A DNA stretch of 64,000 bases from Candidatus Fimenecus sp. Its GTDB lineage: Bacteria; Bacillota; Clostridia; Oscillospirales; Acutalibacteraceae. This document shows positions 34,440 to 41,189 of this stretch, one piece after another. A program made the position numbers and the translations under genes. The stretch is taken from positions 6,591 through 70,590 of the forward strand of contig JBJEPX010000004.1 of NCBI GenBank assembly GCA_051881455.1, written 5' to 3'. The notes under the pieces are model-generated. The model had not been told where the DNA came from. It did no database searches and saw nothing but the letters and a program-made list of their open reading frames with translations. Position 1 is the stretch's first letter, and every line of letters begins with the position of its first letter.

Positions 34440-36698
34440 TTATTTATTTTTTCGCTTTCTCTTATGATAATTCATATATTTTAATGCGAAAACCGTTGCG
34501 GCAGTGCAAGCAACAATAAGCCCTAAAACGCACGGAACCGCAACCTCAATTACGGGATGAATATACGGCATTATAATGCCGAAATCGGGAAGAGTGTAAA
34601 GCCCGGAGCCGTCATTGTCACCGTAAGGAATTCGTATAACGCTTGCGGAAAGTCCGCCCATCTCATATTTTACGGAATTATTTTTAATGCTTAAAGCTTT
34701 TTGAGCAGGCGCTACCTTCATTCTCTCGCCCGCCTCGTTGCAGGCGGCCTTAAAGGTTTCGGACATATACTGAACAGTAGGATTTTTGGCATTTTCAAAG
34801 CCTTCAAGATTTATATCTACCGTATGATTTTTGCCCGAGCTGTTTACAAGCTTAACATATATAACCTCTTCGTCCTTATCCACGGTTACGGAGCTGTAAA
34901 TACCCTCCTCGGTTTTATCAAAATCCGTTATAACGTAATGAGTACCGTAATTGTTTGCAAAAAGCATCTGTACAAAGTAATCAGGAGTATATACCACCTG
35001 CCGCGAATCAAACCAAATAAGATTAACATCCCAACACTGGGCATTAACCTTTGCAAAGGTTGGAGCATATGAAATCATCTTTACCACATCGCCGTTGCGC
35101 TCAATGCCTGTAAGATAAGCCGCGCTTTCAACAGCCGCCCAAATATTGTTTTTTGTCATAAGCGTACCCACGCCGTCGCTCTTGGGTGCAAATTCGCCTA
35201 CAAAAACCTTGGCTCCGCTGCGCTCATAGCTATCGTAACGGTGCGTATTCTTAAATAGATAACTGCCGATTGTGTAATAATGCTCGTCAACAATTGTATC
35301 ACGGTATTTACTGTTTGCCGTTATCCAAGCGTTGTTGAAATCCTCGCCTTCAAGCCACGCTCCCGATGTTGTTACAACGGTAATATCGGGATATTTTTCT
35401 TTAACCTCATTATAAAGCGCGTCAAAATTACGCCAATATACCTCGCCCCAGTTTTCATTGCCGAGAGCAATATACTTCATATTAAAGGGCTCCGGGTGAC
35501 CGTTTTCCGCTCTTTTTGTTCCCCACTCTGTGGAAGCATCTCCGTTGGCATACTCGATAAGGTCAAGTATATCCTTTACATACTGCTCCCATTCCGCTGT
35601 TCCGGGAGTGAGGGCAATAGTTTTTAAGTATTCCTGCCAATCGGTTTCGGTAACAGCACCGTTTTTATACTTCTCCCACATTCCGCCGTATCCGTTGCGT
35701 CCCTGACAGGTAAGCCCCACATTGAGAACAGGTATTGGCTCTGCACCCAAATCGTCGCAAAGAGTAAAGTACTCGTGATAACCCATTGAGTTTGTATTTA
35801 TATATCTTCTGCCGTTGTTGTCATCACGCCACAGGTTATAAGTCTGCTCTCTTTCTTCAAGAGGACCGATTGTATTTTTCCAACTGTAAAGGTTTTCCAA
35901 AGATTCGCCCTCGGCAAGACAGCCGCCGGGGAAACGGATAAACGCGGGGGAAAGCTGTTTTAACGCTTCGTACAAATCCGAACGCAAACTTACATATTTC
36001 CACTGCTCCGAGTCATAACCATAGCTGCTTACAGGCACGAGAGAGACAAAATCCATAAAAAAGGTTCCGCTGCCCTCCGCGGCAAGAAGAAACGCGCCGT
36101 CCGCCGTTGTGTCCGCCGTGAGAACCAAATCAATTTTTGTCCATTCATTGCAATTCTCTATATCAAACCGATATTTCTGACTGTTTCCTCTCGCGTCAAG
36201 AGACGCGACGATTGCTCCGTCAAAATCAACATTTTTAAAATATGCCGAAAAGCTATATTCCTCGCCTCTTTTAAATCCCATATCGGGAGTAGATGCTTTT
36301 TTCTCATTGTAATTGTATGTTTTGTAATCGTAAAGTTCGGGATAACCGATATTCTGAATTGTTGCGTTGCCGTTAACGGAAACGGAAAGATACTGCCCGT
36401 TTTTACTGTTAATCCCGCCATCCTCGGAAACAAAATAATTTTCCGCATCAATATTCCAAGCGTAAAGGCTGTCAAAGGGATACTCAAAGGAATTGTTGTT
36501 TATAAGATTTGACACAAGTCCGCCGTCACAGGCGTAGCTTATGTCCTCAATAAACAGTCCGTAAAGGCTGTCGCTTATTTCATAGGCAATATTATCTGAG
36601 GAGACATTAAGCGCCGTGCCGGTCTTTCCCGAGGATACTGCCCCCGTAAAAGAAAAAGCTATAACCGACGCCAGTAATAATGCAATTATTTTTTTCAT
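34440..36698 (-). CDS. Secreted, C-terminally membrane-anchored GH51-like alpha-L-arabinofuranosidase with an N-terminal CBM-like domain
   Basis: Signal peptide MKKIIALLLASVIAFSF (start ATG 36698, SD AAGGAGA). The motifs FIRFPGGCLAEG, IALGNENWG and VGEFA match the GH51 pattern. The C-terminus carries a TM segment plus KRKRKNK. Confidence 0.6.
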   Translation of the reverse strand: MKKIIALLLASVIAFSFTGAVSSGKTGTALNVSSDNIAYEISDSLYGLFIEDISYACDGGLVSNLINNNSFEYPFDSLYAWNIDAENYFVSEDGGINSKNGQYLSVSVNGNATIQNIGYPELYDYKTYNYNEKKASTPDMGFKRGEEYSFSAYFKNVDFDGAIVASLDARGNSQKYRFDIENCNEWTKIDLVLTADTTADGAFLLAAEGSGTFFMDFVSLVPVSSYGYDSEQWKYVSLRSDLYEALKQLSPAFIRFPGGCLAEGESLENLYSWKNTIGPLEEREQTYNLWRDDNNGRRYINTNSMGYHEYFTLCDDLGAEPIPVLNVGLTCQGRNGYGGMWEKYKNGAVTETDWQEYLKTIALTPGTAEWEQYVKDILDLIEYANGDASTEWGTKRAENGHPEPFNMKYIALGNENWGEVYWRNFDALYNEVKEKYPDITVVTTSGAWLEGEDFNNAWITANSKYRDTIVDEHYYTIGSYLFKNTHRYDSYERSGAKVFVGEFAPKSDGVGTLMTKNNIWAAVESAAYLTGIERNGDVVKMISYAPTFAKVNAQCWDVNLIWFDSRQVVYTPDYFVQMLFANNYGTHYVITDFDKTEEGIYSSVTVDKDEEVIYVKLVNSSGKNHTVDINLEGFENAKNPTVQYMSETFKAACNEAGERMKVAPAQKALSIKNNSVKYEMGGLSASVIRIPYGDNDGSGLYTLPDFGIIMPYIHPVIEVAVPCVLGLIVACTAATVFALKYMNYHKRKRKNK

Positions 36699-36864
36699 TT
36701 TTACCGTCTCCTTACACAACAATATACATTTAATATTTTAACAATAAAAACTTAATATGTCGAGTGTTTTTTTACAAATTTTGATATATTAGATTGATTT
36801 TTTTATGAATTAAATATATAATTTTTGTGTATACCAAACTCTATTACTATCGAAAGGGATTTTT

Positions 36865-39800
36865 ATGAAAAAGAAAACCGTATATACTGTTGCAACCGCG
36901 CATCTTGATACCGTTTGGAATTGGGATTTTGAAACAACGGTAAGGGAATACATTTTAAACACGCTTAAAGATAATTTCAAGCTGTTTGAAGCATATCCCG
37001 AATACAAATTCAATTTTGAAGGCTCCTACCGTTATGAGCTTATGCATGAATACTACCCCGATTTGTGGGACAGAATGAAAGGTTACATAAAAAAGGGGCG
37101 CTGGAATGTTTGCGGAAGTGCATTTGAAAACGGTGATGTAAATGTCCCTTCCCCCGAGGCGCTTTTCAGAAATATTCTTTTGGGAAATCAGTATTTTGAA
37201 AAGAACTTCGGCGTGCGCTCCTGCGATATTTTTCTGCCCGACTGCTTCGGATTCGGCTATGCTCTGCCCTCAGTTATGCACCACGCAAATTTAAAGGGTT
37301 TTACCACGCAAAAGCTTACATGGGGCTCGGCGTACGGTGTGCCCTTTGATATAGGCAAGTGGTACGGTGTGGACGGCAATTTTGTTTACGCCAGCGTTAA
37401 CCCCGGCGCATATGTAAATTCCCTTGACAAGGTAAGAGATAATAAATTCGTAACCGACAAACTTTGCGAAAACGAAAAATACGGTTTGGATATGACCTAT
37501 GCTTTCCACGGAACGGGCGACCGCGGCGGTGCTCCTGCGGAAAACTCGGTTAAAACCGTTTGCAATGAAATAAGGAAGAACTCCGAAAGCGATATAAAGG
37601 TAATTTCGGCGGCGGCTGACCAAATATACCGTGATATTGACGCTCTGCCCGAAGAAGCACGCCAAAAACTCCCTGTCTGGAACAACGAGCTTGTTATGCA
37701 GAACCACGCAGTAGGAGGATACACTTCCCGTGCAATCGGTAAGCGCTGGAACAGGCGTAATGAAGAAATTGCAGATATGGCTGAAAGAGCCTGCTCTGCC
37801 GCCCTTGTACTGAACGGCAGAAAATATCCGCATGACACACTCACAAGAGCGTGGAAGAGAGTTATTGCCCATCAGTTCCACGACGATTTACCCGGCACCT
37901 CGGTACAGCGTGCTTATCGCCGTTCCTGGAACGATTACGCCATGTCCCTCAATCAGTTCACAAACGAATACTCGGCGGCGGTGGGAAGCGTTGCTTCACG
38001 CCTTGACACCTCCTTTGCAAAGGGAATTGCCGTTGTAGTGAACAATCCCATGGAATACGAGCGCACAGGTGTGGTTTCGGTAAAAATCCCATCCCGCCTG
38101 AGAAGTGCAAATATGACTGCCTTTGATGCAAACGGCAAAGAGTGTCCCACGCAGATTTCAGAGGTTAAAAGCGATTACACAACTGTTCTTGTTTATGTAA
38201 CCGTTCCTGCTATGGGATATAAAGTGCTTGATATAAGAGGTGTAAAACCCCGCCTTTCCTCCCCATTAAAAGCGTCGGTTGAAACACTTGAAAACGAAAA
38301 ATACACTGTTCGCTTTAACAGCAACGGTGATATTTGCTCGGTTTTTGACAAAGAAATCGGCAAAGAGATACTCAAAAAGCCTGTAATTACGGGAATATTT
38401 GACTACACGGGAAGTCTTCCCTGGCCTGCGTGGGAGATGAATTACAAGGAGCTTAACCGCGAACCTCAGCACAAGGCGAAAATAAAATCAATAGATATTA
38501 TTGAAAACGGTGTCTGCCGTGCCGCGCTGAAAATCGTAAAAACTTACCGTGACAGCACCTTTACCTCTGTTGTGGCTTTGAGCCGCGGCGGAAAGTATGT
38601 TGAGGTTTATACAGAAACAGAGTGGCGCAGTCTTTGCTCTGCATGCAAGGAGATTTTCAGCTTTACTGCCGAAAATCACAACGCCACATACGATTTGGGA
38701 CTTGGCGCTATAAAAAGAGGCAATATGACGGAGAAGCTCTTTGAGGTGCCCGCACAAAAATGGGCGGATATTACAGATAACAGTCAGGAATTCGGAGTTT
38801 CCGTAATCAGCGAATGTAAATACGGCTGGGATAAATTTGACAACAACACCCTACGCCTTACCCTTTTGCACACGCCTATCAGGGACTTCCGCAAGGACAG
38901 TATGCAGTCTAAAATGGATTTGGGGCTTAACCGCTACTCCTATGCAATTTATTCTCACAAGGGAGCGGTAGGTCACGGCACGCAATGTGCCGCCAGAGAA
39001 TTTATTATGCCAATGGCTTCCTTTATCTGCTCCAAGCACGGCGGCGATTTGGGAAATGAGTTTTCTTTCGGCGGAATTTCAGGCAACGCAATTATAAGAG
39101 CCATAAAAAAGGCTGAAAACAGCGATGAAATTATCGTCCGTATCGGCGAAAGTGAGAAAAAGGAGCAGAAGGGCGTAATCCTTTCTTTCTGCCGTGAAAT
39201 TGAAAGTGCAAGAGAGGTTTTCGCCTCTGAGGATCATATATGCAACGCCGCGGTAACCGACGGTAAGCTGATTTTTGATTTAAAGCCTTATGAAATACGC
39301 TCCTTTGCTTTAAAGTTTAAGGGCGATAAGCATGTGGAGCCCGATTGCCTTGACGTAAGCTTTACGGGCAATATTACGGCATTTTCAAATAACGGCAACC
39401 CTCTCGGTACTTTACCTGTTATAAACAAAACCATTCCTGCCGAAATTACCCCGAAAGAAATATATGTTGACGGTGTTAATTTCACCCTCCCCGAAAACGG
39501 CAAGGCGTTGCTTTGCGGCGGTCAAACTCTTATTTTACCCAACGGCACAAAAAGAGTTCATCTGCTTGCAGCCTCTCTGAACGGCGACAAGACTGTTAAA
39601 ATCGGCCGCGGTGCCGTAACGGTAAACGATATCCGTGAATACTACGGCGGCTGGGATATTTTCGGGTTAAATGAAAAGGCACACATTAAAAACGGTAAGC
39701 TGGGCTTTGAATTTACCCACTCCCATACCGACAAGGGCGACGCCCAATGTGAACAGCTCTTTTTCTGGAAAATCACCGTAAATACAGACGGAGAGAACAC

Positions 39801-39975
39801 ACTCTCCCTGCCTGTTGACCGTGATATTCTCGTTCTTGCCGCTACTGCTGACGGTGAAGAAAGCATCTGCCGCCTTGCAACGGAGCTTTATGACAAGGTG
39901 CCCGACAGAGATGTTAATTTCAAAATAAAGCAGGGCAATAAACTCCGTTCCGTATTCAAGCGAATTGGCATATAA
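36865..39975 (+). CDS. GH38 alpha-mannosidase (cytoplasmic)
   Basis: ATAHLDTVWNW, AHQFHDDLPGTS, 1036 aa, no signal peptide. Confidence 0.9.
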   Translation: MKKKTVYTVATAHLDTVWNWDFETTVREYILNTLKDNFKLFEAYPEYKFNFEGSYRYELMHEYYPDLWDRMKGYIKKGRWNVCGSAFENGDVNVPSPEALFRNILLGNQYFEKNFGVRSCDIFLPDCFGFGYALPSVMHHANLKGFTTQKLTWGSAYGVPFDIGKWYGVDGNFVYASVNPGAYVNSLDKVRDNKFVTDKLCENEKYGLDMTYAFHGTGDRGGAPAENSVKTVCNEIRKNSESDIKVISAAADQIYRDIDALPEEARQKLPVWNNELVMQNHAVGGYTSRAIGKRWNRRNEEIADMAERACSAALVLNGRKYPHDTLTRAWKRVIAHQFHDDLPGTSVQRAYRRSWNDYAMSLNQFTNEYSAAVGSVASRLDTSFAKGIAVVVNNPMEYERTGVVSVKIPSRLRSANMTAFDANGKECPTQISEVKSDYTTVLVYVTVPAMGYKVLDIRGVKPRLSSPLKASVETLENEKYTVRFNSNGDICSVFDKEIGKEILKKPVITGIFDYTGSLPWPAWEMNYKELNREPQHKAKIKSIDIIENGVCRAALKIVKTYRDSTFTSVVALSRGGKYVEVYTETEWRSLCSACKEIFSFTAENHNATYDLGLGAIKRGNMTEKLFEVPAQKWADITDNSQEFGVSVISECKYGWDKFDNNTLRLTLLHTPIRDFRKDSMQSKMDLGLNRYSYAIYSHKGAVGHGTQCAAREFIMPMASFICSKHGGDLGNEFSFGGISGNAIIRAIKKAENSDEIIVRIGESEKKEQKGVILSFCREIESAREVFASEDHICNAAVTDGKLIFDLKPYEIRSFALKFKGDKHVEPDCLDVSFTGNITAFSNNGNPLGTLPVINKTIPAEITPKEIYVDGVNFTLPENGKALLCGGQTLILPNGTKRVHLLAASLNGDKTVKIGRGAVTVNDIREYYGGWDIFGLNEKAHIKNGKLGFEFTHSHTDKGDAQCEQLFFWKITVNTDGENTLSLPVDRDILVLAATADGEESICRLATELYDKVPDRDVNFKIKQGNKLRSVFKRIGI

Positions 39976-40085
39976 ACAGTTGAAAAAAATGTTTGAAAAA
40001 AACAAATAATATTGCAATTAACTGTTGAAATATTTCTGCGATATGATAAAATACTCTGTGAAAAAACTAAAAGAGGTACAAAAAT

Positions 40086-40805
40086 ATGAACATTCACATT
40101 CTGGAAAACGCAGAGCAGATTGCGGCGGCAGTGGGCGGTATGATTATTGACGCTGTAAACAGAAAGCCTGATATTACGCTGGGCTTTGCAACGGGCGCTT
40201 CTCCCGTTCCCACCTATAACTATTTAAGAAAAGCATATGACGAAGGTAAGGTGAGTTTTAAAAACATAACAACCTTTAACCTTGACGAATACTGCGATTT
40301 GCCTAAATCCGACAAAAACAGTTATTACAGCTTTATGCACGAAAATCTTTTCAACCATATTGATGTAAACGAGGACAATGTTAATTTCTTAAACGGCAAC
40401 GCAAGTGACGCAGAGGCGGAATGTGAGCGTTATGACAACCTCATAAACGAAAAAAGAATTGATATTCAGCTTTTAGGCGTTGGAAGAAACGGTCACATAG
40501 GCTTTAACGAGCCTGCGAACAAATTTACAAAGGGCTCCTTTAAGGTTCGTCTTACCCAAAGCACAATTGACGCCAACTCAATCTATTTTGACGAAAACCC
40601 CATGCCTCACTATGCACTGACAATGGGCACTGTTTCAATTATGAAATCAAGGCAGATAATAATGATTGCAACAGGCAAATCAAAGCAGGACGCCATTTAC
40701 GGTATGGTACACGGCGATATTACCCCCGCCTGCCCTGCGTCGGTTTTACAGCTTCACCCCGATGTACATATTTTCCTTGATAAGGAAGCGGCGGAAAGAC
40801 TGTAA
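40086..40805 (+). CDS. nagB: Glucosamine-6-phosphate deaminase
   Basis: LGFATGASP, FNLDEY, LLGVGRNGHIGFNEP. Confidence 0.9.
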   Translation: MNIHILENAEQIAAAVGGMIIDAVNRKPDITLGFATGASPVPTYNYLRKAYDEGKVSFKNITTFNLDEYCDLPKSDKNSYYSFMHENLFNHIDVNEDNVNFLNGNASDAEAECERYDNLINEKRIDIQLLGVGRNGHIGFNEPANKFTKGSFKVRLTQSTIDANSIYFDENPMPHYALTMGTVSIMKSRQIIMIATGKSKQDAIYGMVHGDITPACPASVLQLHPDVHIFLDKEAAERL

Positions 40806-40812
40806 ATTATAA

Positions 40813-40839
40813 GACCGAACAGCGGAAAACTGCTCGGTC
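40813..40839 (+). repeat. Direct repeat DR1: hairpin GACCGAaCAG-cggaaaa-CTGcTCGGTC with no T-run
   Basis: 26 of 28 aligned positions are identical to 41155-41182. Confidence 0.8.
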
Positions 40840-40867
40840 TTGACAAAATCAAATAATATGTTACAAT
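40840..40867 (+). promoter_or_regulatory. Near-consensus extended -10 promoter (left arm of the cassette)
   Basis: TTGACA(40840-45)-16 nt-TGtTACAAT(40859-67). Confidence 0.6.
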
Positions 40868-40874
40868 ATAAGTG

Positions 40875-40958
40875 AAATAAGGCGGACCGATAGACGGTTA
40901 GCCTGAAAGTTTTAAGTAATAACCGCTAACTTTTCCAGGGTTGGGCGGTTATTTTTTT
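40875..40958 (+). ncRNA. Candidate ~85-nt small RNA (antisense partner of the small ORF mRNA)
   Basis: It lies downstream of the promoter above and has no SD or ORF. It ends at the stem 40919-40930/40940-40952 (12 bp, one bulge) plus T7 (40952-40958). The 5' end is inferred from the promoter only. Confidence 0.4.
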
Positions 40959-41020
40959 ATGCTTAATATGTAACCTGTGGCTACAACGAGAATAATCACA
41001 ACGAATGTCAAATATTCCAT
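40949..41020 (-). CDS. 23-aa hydrophobic peptide MEYLTFVVIILVVATGYILSIKK (type I toxin-like)
   Basis: SD AAGGGGG (41035-41029), an 8-nt spacer, ATG 41020 and TAA 40951-40949. The peptide has a single TM-like core with a C-terminal KK. It has its own promoter, and its stop codon lies inside the convergent terminator. Confidence 0.45.
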   Translation of the reverse strand: MEYLTFVVIILVVATGYILSIKK

Positions 41021-41113
41021 CAGCATCACCCCCTTATATCAAGAGGGCAAATGCCCTCTGATAAATCAAAGGGCTAACCGCCTACCGTTTAGGCTCACCT
41101 TATTCCGATGGAT

Positions 41114-41142
41114 ATTCTAACATAATATGACATATTTTGCAA
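41114..41142 (-). promoter_or_regulatory. Near-consensus extended -10 promoter (right arm of the cassette)
   Basis: TTGCAA(41142-37)-17 nt-TAGAAT(41119-14), preceded by TGt (41122-20). Confidence 0.6.
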
Positions 41143-41154
41143 GCCATAATGAAC

Positions 41155-41189
41155 GACCGAACAGCGGAAATACTGTTCGGTCGTTTTTT
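41155..41189 (+). terminator. Direct repeat DR2: a perfect terminator hairpin plus T-run
   Basis: GACCGAACAG-cggaaata-CTGTTCGGTC followed by GTTTTTT. It overlaps the stop of the minus-strand GH38 gene. Confidence 0.7.

Noticed and set aside
37291-37881. 196-aa and 115-aa ORFs antisense within the first GH38 gene
   Set aside because: They are shadow ORFs inside a well-supported 1036-aa glycosidase gene.
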